From a virus (Duplodnaviria; Caudoviricetes): 64,000 nucleotides of DNA. Where the stretch lies: the IMG/VR virus record IMGVR_UViG_3300037448_000016, positions 13,935 to 77,934 of that record; one strand, written 5' to 3'. The position numbers and the translations under genes were made by a program. Below, in pieces: positions 27,512-37,053 of the stretch. Position 1 is the stretch's first letter; every line of letters begins with the position of its first letter. The notes beneath the pieces are model-generated. The model worked only from the letters and a program-made list of their open reading frames with translations. It was not told the DNA's origin and ran no database searches.

Positions 27512-27810
27512 GGCGAGTTGTCCTCCCGGATCGCGGTCGTGATCTTGTTGTAGATCGAGATCGGGACGTCCATCATGGCCTCGGCGTCCGCGATGTCGAT
27601 CGGCTCGCCGCTGTTCCCCGTGAGATCCCAGGCCACCAGCAGACCCTGCATCTGCGCGACGACCCGGCGGATGTTCTTCTCGTCCGCCTTCATCGCCTCG
27701 ATCTCACGGGGCGTCCAGTTCGGGGGCCGGTACTGAACATTCAGCACGCCCCCACCGTCGAACTCGATCTTCAGGTCTTTCGGGTCACCGAGTGCTTCAT
27801 TGATCCGCAT
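27499..27810 (-). CDS. Tail assembly chaperone (gpG-like)
   Basis: Lies between the major tail gene and TMP; LLVAWDL motif. Confidence 0.85.
   Translation of the reverse strand: MRINEALGDPKDLKIEFDGGGVLNVQYRPPNWTPREIEAMKADEKNIRRVVAQMQGLLVAWDLTGNSGEPIDIADAEAMMDVPISIYNKITTAIREDNSPGEA
27505..27511 (-). other. Programmed -1 frameshift site GGGGGAA
   Basis: Slippery heptamer at the end of the chaperone ORF (CCG GGG GAA GCC TGA). Confidence 0.85.
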
Positions 27811-27844
27811 GGTTCTTCCTTGCCGACGAGGAGTTGTTGACGGA

Positions 27845-28858
27845 TCAGAGCGTAGCGGTCGTGGTCACGACCTCCGCGTGGAACGCCTTGGCCCACGTCG
27901 GATCGTAGACGCCACTGAAGGTCCACTCCACGGCGAAGACTCCGTCCTCGTCGCTCATGGTGCCCACGTCGGTGATCTGACCGGCCACGTCCAGGGTGAC
28001 CTTGTGGTTGACGATCAGCGGGGTTCCGCCGGTGCCGGTGTAGATGTTCGGGCCAACGCCTTCCAGCCGCATGAACACGGTGGAACCGGCCCGCAGCGCG
28101 ACCAGGCTGGCCATGCCCTGGGCGTCGGCCTCCTGCGTCACCTTCATCTCGATCGTCGGCTCGGTCTCCACCGTGGCCACGAACGAGGTCTGAGCCGCGT
28201 CCACGACCCATAGTGGGTCGTACCGATCTCCGATCGTCAGTTCACCTTTCAGCGTCCGGAGCATCTTGGTGGTGCCCAGCGACGCCGCCGTGGAGTCCAT
28301 GTAGAAGGACAGTTCGGACGGCCGGACCGGCAACTGGGCCAGGATGGTCGGGCTCGCGGTGAGGGTGACGCCGTCCTGGAGAGACTTCCCGAAGACCTTC
28401 CCACCGAGTTCGATCTTGTCCCGGCTCCACTTCCAGGAGTACTCCTGGAAGATCATCCCGGCCGCGCGGTGCGCACGGAACGAGGAGCCCTGCTCGATGG
28501 TGAAGGTCTTCGGGGTGTCGTCGTTGAAGTTGGCCGAGTCGAAAGCCCACTTCGTGGCCCCGGTCGGCGTGGCGCCGTCCGTGATCCCGGTGACCACCGG
28601 CGAGTTGATTACCGAGGACAGCGCGTATGGCAGTTCCGGGTAGACGGGCATCCCCGACAACTTGCCCTCGACCCACTCCTTGCCGACGATCTGCGCGTTG
28701 GCGTATTTCTGGCCGTCGGGCTTCAGGGCGTTGACGTCGATCGAAGGCCCGATCTCGAACCCCATCGACCCGAGCCGCTTGTTGGCGGCGACGGCGGTGC
28801 CCGGCGTGGTCTCCACGCCAATCTGCGCCGCCTGAGTGATACTTGACCTCTCTGCCAC
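27845..28858 (-). CDS. Major tail (tube) protein
   Basis: 337 aa; QIGVETTPGT N-terminus; position. Confidence 0.85.
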   Translation of the reverse strand: MAERSSITQAAQIGVETTPGTAVAANKRLGSMGFEIGPSIDVNALKPDGQKYANAQIVGKEWVEGKLSGMPVYPELPYALSSVINSPVVTGITDGATPTGATKWAFDSANFNDDTPKTFTIEQGSSFRAHRAAGMIFQEYSWKWSRDKIELGGKVFGKSLQDGVTLTASPTILAQLPVRPSELSFYMDSTAASLGTTKMLRTLKGELTIGDRYDPLWVVDAAQTSFVATVETEPTIEMKVTQEADAQGMASLVALRAGSTVFMRLEGVGPNIYTGTGGTPLIVNHKVTLDVAGQITDVGTMSDEDGVFAVEWTFSGVYDPTWAKAFHAEVVTTTATL

Positions 28859-28932
28859 TTCAACTCCTAGGTGTGATCGTTATGCGTTCGGCCGAGTGAC
28901 AGAGAGCGTTGACACTCACTGCGGCGAGTCTA

Positions 28933-30546
28933 CTAGGCCGCCGCCAGCCCGAGGCTGGCGAAGTACTGCGCCCGCGTGAGCGGGTTGTTGGAAATCAGAT
29001 CCGAGACGATGTAACTGTTCGGGTCATCGAAGTAGGTCTCGTACGCCAGATCGCCAGCGTGCAGGGCGAAGTAGGCGATGTACCGCTTGACGTACTCGGC
29101 ATCGTCACCGCCCGCGTTGCCCTGCCACTGGCAGCCGGACACACTGCACGCCACGCCCCACTCCGGTACTGACCACTTCTTGCCGTTGGCCAGCGCGTAG
29201 GTGCGGGATTCGTCCAGCCGGTTGAAGGCCGTCAGGTGCGAGTTCCAGCCGGAGCCGGACGACGTCACCGGCGGCCAGGCGTCGTAGGTGTCGACCCCGA
29301 AGATGTCGACGTTCGCCTTGACCGCCTGGAACGCCCGGCGCGAGCAGTAGTTCGGCGCCGCATACGTGCCGCTGCTGCAACCGGTGGTCTGGTCCCCGCC
29401 TTCGTTCGGGTTGAAGTCGACCCGCAGGCCGGGGCAGCCCGCTTTCAGGCCGGTGGCGACCGCCTTGAACCGGGCGACCCAGGCGGTGTAATTGGCCGCC
29501 GTCAACGCGGCGCCGTTGGATCCGGCGCCGTCCGAGAGGTTCATCTCCCAGTCGAGCCGGACGATCGGCGTGGTGGCGTCTACCGAGCAGACGCTGGCAC
29601 CGATGGTTTGACCTTGCGCCTGCGTCATGAACGCGCCGTCACTGGTCCACGTGGTCAGCGCGAGGACAAGGTCCTGACGAAACCCGTTGAAATTGGTCGG
29701 CAGGCTGGCTTTCCACTGCGCCGGGGCGTTCTCCGTCGCAACGGTGTTGCGGGTGGCGTAGACCAGCACGTTGTCGAGCGCGCGGCCCTGCCGGACGATG
29801 GAGGTGAAGTTGTTCTCCAGCGTCGGATCGTTGTCGGCCCAGACTCCGGAGGACCAGGGCAGTCCGGAGACCCGGCCGGTGACCGGGGCGCTCGTCGTGG
29901 TCGCTGGCACCGTCGTGGTCGGCGGGGCGGTTGTGGTCGGCGGCGGAGTCGCGGCGGCGGCCGGGATGACGGTGGTTGACACCTGCTTGTTCCCGCTGGC
30001 GTAGACGGCCTGGACGAAGACGGTGTACGCCGTCCCGTTGATCAACTTGTCCAGGGTGACGCTCAGCGTGGTGACCGGCTGCACCTCGGAAGTGAAGGCG
30101 CCGTAACCGGTGCTGTCGACACCGTTTCGGCCGTAGACGTACCCGGTCGGTGTGCCGCTCACCGGCTTCGCCCACGTCAGGACGATTTTCTGATCACCGG
30201 CCGTGGCGCTAAAACTGGACGGCAGCGTTCCGTCCGTGGTCGGAGTAGGGCTCGCGGTGGTCGGTACCGGGTCAGCCGTCGTGGTGACCGGCGGCGGCGT
30301 CGGGCTGATCGTCGGTGTTGCGGTCTGCGTCGGGCTTGCCGTGGTAGTGGCCACCGGAGGCGTGGTGGCATCCGGGTGGGAAACGATGTAGTTGCGTACC
30401 GTTTCGTTGGCGTCCAGGGCCTGCTGCTGGGTCGGGTCGGTGATGGCCGTGCTGGGCTCCACGGCGAAGGCGACGCCGCCGACGAGCGCGGCGGTGGCCG
30501 CGACGGCGATCACCGCACTCCACGGGCTGATCTTCCTCATGCTCAC
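28933..30546 (-). CDS. Secreted GH26-like glycoside hydrolase with Fn3 domain and P/T linkers
   Basis: Signal peptide; Fn3 (VLTWAKP...LINGTAYTVFVQA); RLDWEMN, DIFGVDTYD and WSVPEWGV. Confidence 0.75.
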   Translation of the reverse strand: MSMRKISPWSAVIAVAATAALVGGVAFAVEPSTAITDPTQQQALDANETVRNYIVSHPDATTPPVATTTASPTQTATPTISPTPPPVTTTADPVPTTASPTPTTDGTLPSSFSATAGDQKIVLTWAKPVSGTPTGYVYGRNGVDSTGYGAFTSEVQPVTTLSVTLDKLINGTAYTVFVQAVYASGNKQVSTTVIPAAAATPPPTTTAPPTTTVPATTTSAPVTGRVSGLPWSSGVWADNDPTLENNFTSIVRQGRALDNVLVYATRNTVATENAPAQWKASLPTNFNGFRQDLVLALTTWTSDGAFMTQAQGQTIGASVCSVDATTPIVRLDWEMNLSDGAGSNGAALTAANYTAWVARFKAVATGLKAGCPGLRVDFNPNEGGDQTTGCSSGTYAAPNYCSRRAFQAVKANVDIFGVDTYDAWPPVTSSGSGWNSHLTAFNRLDESRTYALANGKKWSVPEWGVACSVSGCQWQGNAGGDDAEYVKRYIAYFALHAGDLAYETYFDDPNSYIVSDLISNNPLTRAQYFASLGLAAA

Positions 30547-30980
30547 TCCTGATGTCCCGCGCTGGCGCGGATGCGGAAAATGCCGCCAAGGTGGCGGTAC
30601 TGCACGCCTTCGTCAATCTCCGGGTAGGAAACGACACGCTCCCTGATGCTGGAGAGCGAGCCGCCCCCCAGCGTCACCACCGTGTTGGGCAGGTGGAACA
30701 ATGCGTCGATCCGGTTGGCGGCAGCACGCACATCGTCCCATGATCCGCTGGCCGCCACCGCCTTGATCACGTACAGGTTCTCGGTGGAGATCCGGTCCCC
30801 ACCGGCCGCCGTGATGACGTCGACCGTCGAATTCATCAGGAAGGTGACGTACGGCGGGGTGAGCGGAGTGGCCGACAGCGTGCCGGAGATCGAGTCCACG
30901 CCGACCAGCGCGAGGATCTGTGAGTCGCTGGCCAGCCGGTCGTAAATCCAGGGCTCGACCATGTCGACGGTTTCGATCAC
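30543..30980 (-). CDS. Tail terminator / completion protein
   Basis: WIYDRLASD...PPYVTF...YRHLGGIFRI; position. Confidence 0.75.
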   Translation of the reverse strand: MIETVDMVEPWIYDRLASDSQILALVGVDSISGTLSATPLTPPYVTFLMNSTVDVITAAGGDRISTENLYVIKAVAASGSWDDVRAAANRIDALFHLPNTVVTLGGGSLSSIRERVVSYPEIDEGVQYRHLGGIFRIRASAGHQE

Positions 30981-31330
30981 TGGGCGTCACACGCCTCGGA
31001 CACGGCCTGGCTCATTTCCTCGATGTAGCGCGGCCGGAACACTTCCGACGTCGGCCCAACGATCGGCCGGGCCGCCTGCTTGATCGTCCCCCACTCCTGA
31101 AACCGCGAGTAGAAGCCATGGCCTCGGTTGTAACCGATCCATACCTCAGCGTGAAGATGTCTGCGCCCGGCGTCCGTGGTGACCCGGCGGACCATGCCCG
31201 TGTCGACCCAGAGGATGCCTTTCAGGATCAGCGCCAGCCCTTCTGCGGCCTCACCGACCGCGTCGTCCATCCGGCGCGGCAGTTCCTCACCGATCGCGCC
31301 GAGGTGGTTGTACCGCACCGTCCAGCCCAT
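30977..31330 (-). CDS. HK97 gp10-like tail completion protein
   Basis: VDTG, FQEWGT...ARPIVGP. Confidence 0.8.
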   Translation of the reverse strand: MGWTVRYNHLGAIGEELPRRMDDAVGEAAEGLALILKGILWVDTGMVRRVTTDAGRRHLHAEVWIGYNRGHGFYSRFQEWGTIKQAARPIVGPTSEVFRPRYIEEMSQAVSEACDAQ

Positions 31331-31705
31331 TCAGATCACCTCCTGTGCGATGCCGTACCGGCACACCGTGGCGATCTCGGACGGCGGCGTGATGTTGCGG
31401 ACGATCCGCCACAGCCCGGCCTGAGTCAGGTTGCGGACCCGGTCGCCTTCCGCGAAGTCGTCCGCCCCGACGGCGACCTCCAGGATCAACTCGATCCGGC
31501 CGAACACCGAGTCGAGTTGCAGGCTCGGGTCGTTGTCCTTGGGCTGGACGAACCGGCACTTCAGGTCGGTGTTCCGCTCGGTGAACGTCTCCTTCTTACC
31601 GCCGGTCGAGTCCTTGACGATGGCCCGGTCCTGGATCCGGCACACGTCAAGCAGGGTCGTGCCGACAAGGCGACGACCCGAGTTGACGATCGACCGGATG
31701 CTCAT
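31331..31705 (-). CDS. Head closure / head-tail adaptor
   Basis: DSTGGKKE, GDRV; position. Confidence 0.7.
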   Translation of the reverse strand: MSIRSIVNSGRRLVGTTLLDVCRIQDRAIVKDSTGGKKETFTERNTDLKCRFVQPKDNDPSLQLDSVFGRIELILEVAVGADDFAEGDRVRNLTQAGLWRIVRNITPPSEIATVCRYGIAQEVI

Positions 31706-31708
31706 GGA

Positions 31709-31873
31709 TCAGTCCTTGGGCAGAGGGATGTTGTTCTCGGCGAGGAAGGCTCGGTGCTTGTCACTGATCGCCTCGCTGTACGGCCGGGCCGGGGGCGCGT
31801 CCGCCATGTAATCGACCTCGGTCTCAGTGGGGACCGGCGTCTCGTCTTTCGCCTGCTTACCAACGGTGGCCAT
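31709..31873 (-). CDS. Small hypothetical protein (54 aa)
   Basis: AAGGAG RBS; MATVGKQAKD... Confidence 0.55.
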   Translation of the reverse strand: MATVGKQAKDETPVPTETEVDYMADAPPARPYSEAISDKHRAFLAENNIPLPKD

Positions 31874-31882
31874 CGGAACTCC

Positions 31883-32182
31883 TTAGTGGGTTGGGATGAA
31901 ACTGGGCTGGACGTCGACGATGTACTCGTTGACGGCGTCGACGATCCCCACGCCTTCGGCGCGGAACGCCCACTGGCCGGGCTCGTTCACCAGCACCGAA
32001 CCCTCGTAGGCGCCGGTGCTCCGCCGGGTGTACGTGGCCGCAGGGTAGGTGAGGGTCGACACCACCCCGGACGGCGAACTGGCCGTCAGGGTGACGATGT
32101 TGGGGTCCTGCGGAACGCCGTTGAGACGGAAGATCGTTTCGATCAGCACGCGCTGGCCGACGAAGGTGGGGAAGTAGGCCAT
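31883..32182 (-). CDS. Small Ig-like virion-associated protein (99 aa)
   Basis: Starts MAYFPTF; beta-strand pattern with STGAYE and GQWAFRAEG. Confidence 0.6.
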   Translation of the reverse strand: MAYFPTFVGQRVLIETIFRLNGVPQDPNIVTLTASSPSGVVSTLTYPAATYTRRSTGAYEGSVLVNEPGQWAFRAEGVGIVDAVNEYIVDVQPSFIPTH

Positions 32183-33255
32183 CAGTCTCTCCTGTGCCGG
32201 ACGGTGACGGTGGCGCGCTGAAGCAGTTGCATCGCAACGAGACCGGGGCGGCCGAAGACGCGCCCGACGTTGACAGCGACGAGCGCACCGGCCGGGGCGA
32301 TCGCACCGGACATCTTCCGGATTCCACTCCGGATCATGTTGGCGCCGGGCGTAGCGGCACCGGCGAAATTCTTCCGGGCCTGCTTCAGCAGGGTGGCGGC
32401 CGGGGTGATGGTACCGGCGAACGCCTTCGGGACGACCTTTTTCAGCGCGCCAGCCGGGGTGATGGCACCGGCGAATGCCCGGGTGACGACCCGGAGCGCT
32501 ACGAGCGCCCCGGTCGGCGTGGTGGCGCCGGTGAACTTCTTGCCCGCCACCTTCACCAGCGTGGCGCTCGGCGTGATCCCGCCCGCCGCCGCGAGCGTCG
32601 CCTGCGACGGCGTCTCGGTGTCGTGCAGGTCCACGTTGTCGATGAAGAAGTTCTTCGATCCGGTGCTGCCGGAGTTGGTCGTGAAACCCCAATACCCGGC
32701 CGTGTTCACGGTGTGGGTGTCGGTGGTGTTGATCTGCCAGGAGGACGTCGGCTCCGAGCCGCTAGCCAGCCACGTGCGGGCCTTTAGCGTCTTCGTGCCG
32801 GTGCCGCCGAACACCGCGATCCGGGTCCGGACCGTAGTGCCAGCGGTGAAACCATGGGTGTAGGTGACCAGGTCGTGGCCGGAGTAGGTCGAGGTCGTCT
32901 CGGTGTATGACAAGGTCATGTCGCCGGACGCGAGCGTGAACGCATACCCGGACGCGGTGTCGACGGCCGTGGGCGTCCGGGCCCAGACGGCGGGGAACTG
33001 GTCGTTCAGCACCGGAACGACCCAGTCGAACACGATCTCGCTGTTCAGCAGGGCCGACGTCAGCAGCCGGACCGACGTCCGGTTGCCGGTCACCGTGCCA
33101 GTGGCGATGCGGCCCTGGTTGCCCTGGATCGTCGCACCGCCACCGGTGCCCTGGTTCAGGGCGATGGTCCAGTTGGTCGAGTTCCAGGCCGCGCCGTTGG
33201 AGCCGGTGAACGTGTCCGGCACGGCACCGTTGGGCATCAGGTCAGTACCGGTCAC
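32182..33255 (-). CDS. Putative virion structural protein (lectin-like N-terminus, repetitive C-terminus)
   Basis: GGAGG RBS; DTFT...W motif; repeated AGxITPxGAL units. Confidence 0.6.
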   Translation of the reverse strand: MTGTDLMPNGAVPDTFTGSNGAAWNSTNWTIALNQGTGGGATIQGNQGRIATGTVTGNRTSVRLLTSALLNSEIVFDWVVPVLNDQFPAVWARTPTAVDTASGYAFTLASGDMTLSYTETTSTYSGHDLVTYTHGFTAGTTVRTRIAVFGGTGTKTLKARTWLASGSEPTSSWQINTTDTHTVNTAGYWGFTTNSGSTGSKNFFIDNVDLHDTETPSQATLAAAGGITPSATLVKVAGKKFTGATTPTGALVALRVVTRAFAGAITPAGALKKVVPKAFAGTITPAATLLKQARKNFAGAATPGANMIRSGIRKMSGAIAPAGALVAVNVGRVFGRPGLVAMQLLQRATVTVRHRRD

Positions 33256-33302
33256 GATTCACCTCCGATCGGATCGACAACGGATTGACAACGAGTTGTT
33301 GC

Positions 33303-34034
33303 CTAACCTCCGGCCGTAATCGTGAAATCGTATGTGGCCTGCAATGACTCGCCGCTGGCCAGGTTGACGGCCGAGAACAGTGTGCGGTCCAGCATGGTGC
33401 CGCCAGCGACTGCGGCCTGGCTGAAGATCCCGTGCTCGGTCAGCGCGACGGTGGCCGACACCGAGATCGTCGCTGCGGTCTCGAAGACGTTCGAGTTACC
33501 GGCCTGCTCACCGAGCGATCCGGTGGGGCGCGTGTTCGCGGAGGCGTACTGCGTGGTCAGTTCGGTGACCAGCGCGGTCTGGCTGCTCGCCTCCGCCGTG
33601 GTGCCCGTACCGACCCCGTGGTACTTCAGATTCTCCAGTTCCGTCAGGTTCTGGAAGGCGTCCACGATGAAGTTGACCCCAGCCGTGGTGACGACCCGGC
33701 ACCCGGCCAGGCCGAGATCCTGTTGACGCCCGTCCCGGTCGACGGTGGCCAGCCAGAGATGGCCGACGATGCTCAGGGCGCCACCACGCCGGGCATCCTC
33801 CACGGCGGCCTGTGCGGCGAGCGAGCGCTCGAAGATCTCCGCGTTCGCTTCCTGCCACTCCAGCCTGCGCCGGACCGGTCCGGGCCGCAGGAAGCCGGGC
33901 AGGGCCAGGCCGAGCCCCTTGGGACCGCCACCGTAGTGCAGCGCGTCGTCCACCGTCTTGATGGCCGGACGCTTCAGCAGCGCGGGGATACGCGCCGTGC
34001 GCAGGCCGCCGGAAGGGATCATCTCGTTGTTCAC
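33303..34034 (-). CDS. Putative virion structural protein
   Basis: TAGGAG RBS and GTG start; VTTAGVN...YHGVGTGTTA...TAL. Confidence 0.65.
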   Translation of the reverse strand: MNNEMIPSGGLRTARIPALLKRPAIKTVDDALHYGGGPKGLGLALPGFLRPGPVRRRLEWQEANAEIFERSLAAQAAVEDARRGGALSIVGHLWLATVDRDGRQQDLGLAGCRVVTTAGVNFIVDAFQNLTELENLKYHGVGTGTTAEASSQTALVTELTTQYASANTRPTGSLGEQAGNSNVFETAATISVSATVALTEHGIFSQAAVAGGTMLDRTLFSAVNLASGESLQATYDFTITAGG

Positions 34035-34042
34035 TGCTACTC

Positions 34043-34504
34043 CTATGCCCAAGGCCAGGGCGTGCGCCGGTACGGGGTGGACGTAATCAACTGCCGGGAC
34101 TTGACTCTGGTCGGGATGTAGCCCTCGGACTCCAGCACGGCTGCGTCGATGGCGTCGAGGTCGGCCTGGTCGATGTAGATGCCGGAACCGGCATCCGTGT
34201 CGAACGAGACGCCGACCGAGCCATCCGCGCCGATCTGCTGCTGGGTGTTCACGTCGGGATTGCGCATGAAGCGGATGACGGCTTCGCACATGGCGATCTT
34301 GATCAGCGATTCAAGGTCGGCGTGCTGCTGGATGTGCGGCGCGGTGTCGACCGGCATGGCGTCCAGGAACGCTTCCAGTTTCGGGCGCAGGATGCGCATC
34401 TTCACCTGCGCCTGGGCCAGCCGCGTTGCCGCGACCGGAGTTTCGTCATCGTCAAGGGGACGCCACATCGCCACGATGTCGGCGGTGCTCACATCGAACG
34501 ACAT
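34043..34504 (-). CDS. Head-to-tail adaptor (Gp19/Gp15-like)
   Basis: DIVAMWRPL...EAVIRFMRNPD. Confidence 0.8.
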   Translation of the reverse strand: MSFDVSTADIVAMWRPLDDDETPVAATRLAQAQVKMRILRPKLEAFLDAMPVDTAPHIQQHADLESLIKIAMCEAVIRFMRNPDVNTQQQIGADGSVGVSFDTDAGSGIYIDQADLDAIDAAVLESEGYIPTRVKSRQLITSTPYRRTPWPWA

Positions 34505-34529
34505 GGCGTCCCCTCTCGGACTTCTCGGG

Positions 34530-34898
34530 TTACTTGCTGGTGGGCGTGTGGACGACGGTCTCCGGGTTCGGAGTACCGGCGTTCACCCCGGCCAGCGTGT
34601 AGGCCGAGTTCGGGACGGCCTTCGCGCCACGTGCGCCCCGGAAGCCCTGCTCGGTCTCTTTGGCGATGCGCTCGTGGACCGACTTCTGCGCGGCGGCCAT
34701 GCTCGGCTCGTCCGCGATGTGGTCGGCGGGCAGTTCGTCCACGCCCCGGGGCGGGTTGGTGGACAGGATGCCGGTGACGGTCTGGTTGGGCTGGAGGTAG
34801 CGCGGGTCGACCGGAGCCACCTCCGGGCCGTTCGCGGTCACGCCGTCTGCCGGGGAACCGGCCTGCGGCTCAGTGGGCTTGCGGGGTGTCGTAGCCAT
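34530..34898 (-). CDS. Hypothetical head-region protein
   Basis: Starts MATTPRKP; GGAGG RBS; TGATG coupling. Confidence 0.6.
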   Translation of the reverse strand: MATTPRKPTEPQAGSPADGVTANGPEVAPVDPRYLQPNQTVTGILSTNPPRGVDELPADHIADEPSMAAAQKSVHERIAKETEQGFRGARGAKAVPNSAYTLAGVNAGTPNPETVVHTPTSK

Positions 34899-35296
34899 CA
34901 GTCGTTCCTCCCGAAGGTGACGTCGATCTTTCCGCCCGGGTCGACCAGGCCGGTGCCGCCGACTGCGGCGGACCGGAACTCCAGTTCGTCCCCGGCGGCC
35001 ACGACCAGATCGCTGGCTGTGGCGGAGTTGGTGAGCGTCTTCTCGTCGAATGCGACGAGGTTGACGCCGGACACCAGCGCCAGACTGGCGACCACCGTGG
35101 TGCCGGTGCCGTCCTGCTTGCGGTTGACGAGGCTCAGCGTCCGGCTGGCGGGGCTGGCGGCGCCGGTGACGGCCGCAACCGGTGTGTAGGTCACGCTGAC
35201 CACGACACCGGTGTACGGAGCCTCCACGATGACGCTGGAGGTGGCCAGGATGGTGCTGGCCGGGATGGTCTCGCTCTTGACGTTCTGCTGCGGCAT
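34898..35296 (-). CDS. Capsid decoration / head-fibre-like protein
   Basis: 132 aa, beta-rich, directly after the major capsid gene. Confidence 0.6.
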   Translation of the reverse strand: MPQQNVKSETIPASTILATSSVIVEAPYTGVVVSVTYTPVAAVTGAASPASRTLSLVNRKQDGTGTTVVASLALVSGVNLVAFDEKTLTNSATASDLVVAAGDELEFRSAAVGGTGLVDPGGKIDVTFGRND

Positions 35297-35299
35297 GAC

Positions 35300-36328
35300 T
35301 CAGGCTCCCAGGGTGCGCAGGTACCCGACCGGGTAGCGGGTGCTGCCGTCCGGGTTGTCGTTGTTGATGGTGTTGGCCACCTGCCAGCCGATCCGGAACT
35401 TGAGCCGGAGCGCCTGCATGTCCTGCTGCGGCAGGTTGTAGACGATGTTGTTCTGGTCGTCGGTGATGACGCCCTCGGTGATCAACTTGTACTCGATCCC
35501 CGACTTCACGCCGATCACGAACTGCGACCAGTCGCCACCCATCAGGGCCACGCCGTTCACGCCCGCGCCACCGGCAGCGGGCCACAGGCCACGCATCGGG
35601 TAGAGGATCGGAACGCCGTCCACGGCGAGCAGGTTGCCCGCCACCCGGCCCTCGTCCAACTTCCGGCCCTGGGTGTCACGAGCCGAGCGGAACCGGGCTC
35701 GGGTGGTGATCGGAGAGAGGTAACCGGTGATGTCGTACCCGTCCTCTTCCACCTTGCTGATCAGCGCGTCCAGGTCGCCCATGAACCCACCGGCGGCAGT
35801 GGCGTGCGAGCCGACGTCGATGTAGTTCCCGGCCGCAGCGGCAGCCGCAGCGATGTTGGTGGGGAAGGACGACGGGGCGTTGGCGCCGAAGAACACGGCC
35901 GAGTCGAGCACCCGAGCGAACGCCTCCACGATCAGCGGCTGCGCCTCGTCCCAGATGTTGACCGAGATGTCGTCCATGACGTTGTCCGCAACGGGCATGA
36001 TCACGGCGATCTCTTCGATGGTCAGGTACTTGTTCGACCAGGCCATCTCAGTGGTCTGCTTCAGACCGGTGTCGCCGGACACCCAGTACGCGATCGGCAG
36101 CGCGGTGAGGATCGGGAAGCGCATCGCGTTGCCCTGGACCGGGATCGGGCGGAACATGCTCAGCACCGCCGACCCCTGCGTGGCCTTGCCGAGCATCTCG
36201 TTGGAGACCTGCTCGGGAATCAGGGCCTGGACGTCGGAGCGGGTGGTGAGGCTGTCGAAAGCGCCCCCCGAGAAGCCGAAAATCGGCCGCCCATCGGAGC
36301 GGAAGCCCAGGGGCTTGGAGTGGTTCAC
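35300..36328 (-). CDS. Major capsid protein (HK97 fold)
   Basis: ALIPEQVSNE, AYWVSG..LKQTT, IAVIMPV and GDWSQFVIG. Confidence 0.92.
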   Translation of the reverse strand: MNHSKPLGFRSDGRPIFGFSGGAFDSLTTRSDVQALIPEQVSNEMLGKATQGSAVLSMFRPIPVQGNAMRFPILTALPIAYWVSGDTGLKQTTEMAWSNKYLTIEEIAVIMPVADNVMDDISVNIWDEAQPLIVEAFARVLDSAVFFGANAPSSFPTNIAAAAAAAGNYIDVGSHATAAGGFMGDLDALISKVEEDGYDITGYLSPITTRARFRSARDTQGRKLDEGRVAGNLLAVDGVPILYPMRGLWPAAGGAGVNGVALMGGDWSQFVIGVKSGIEYKLITEGVITDDQNNIVYNLPQQDMQALRLKFRIGWQVANTINNDNPDGSTRYPVGYLRTLGA

Positions 36329-36372
36329 TGCGTCTCCTACGGAGGTCAGGCGACCCCCGGACGGAGGCCGCG

Positions 36373-37053
36373 TCAGCCGCGCTTGTTGCGCGAGGCGCTG
36401 CGGAGGAAGTTGTCCATCGACGGCTTGCCGGTCGCGGTCTGACGCGCGCCCAACTCGAAGTCGGTGTCACCTTCCTTCTTCTTCACCCAGTGACGCTTCA
36501 GATCGGCCAGCACACGCAACTCACGGTCGATGTGCTTGACGTCGGGCCTGCCGTCGTCTCCCACGAAATCGTCCGCCTGGTCCCGGAAGTAAGCCACGAC
36601 GTCGTCCGGGTCCTCGAAGATCCCGGCGGCGCGAGCCTCCACCTTGGCCAGAGCGATCATCCGGTTGGCCTGAGTCGTCGCTTTCGACTCGGCTTCCTTG
36701 GTGATCTTGGCGAGGTCGATCTGCTGGTCACCTGAAGCGGAGCCGTTGCCCTTGCCCTTGGTGCTGAGAATGTCTTTCAGCGCGTCCAGGCTGGTCACTC
36801 CGGCTTCACGCATCGCGACCTTGTACCCACGCGCTTCAGCGCGGGCCGCCTTGTGCGCTTCGCGCTCTGCTGCGAGAGCCTTCTGCACCTTGGCCAGGTC
36901 GGTCTCCGGCTTGTCGTCCGCGTCCTTATCGTCCGCGTCCTTGTCGCCGTCGTCGTCGCCCCCACCGTCCCCATCGCCTTCAGCGCCGGACATACCCCAG
37001 ATCGGGCGTCCGTCGAGCCGAAAACCGAGTGGGTAGACAAGTTCGATCGACAT
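36373..37053 (-). CDS. Scaffolding protein
   Basis: AAGGAG RBS before MSIELV; acidic N-region, coiled coil, FEDPDDV; upstream of the capsid gene. Confidence 0.85.
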   Translation of the reverse strand: MSIELVYPLGFRLDGRPIWGMSGAEGDGDGGGDDDGDKDADDKDADDKPETDLAKVQKALAAEREAHKAARAEARGYKVAMREAGVTSLDALKDILSTKGKGNGSASGDQQIDLAKITKEAESKATTQANRMIALAKVEARAAGIFEDPDDVVAYFRDQADDFVGDDGRPDVKHIDRELRVLADLKRHWVKKKEGDTDFELGARQTATGKPSMDNFLRSASRNKRG

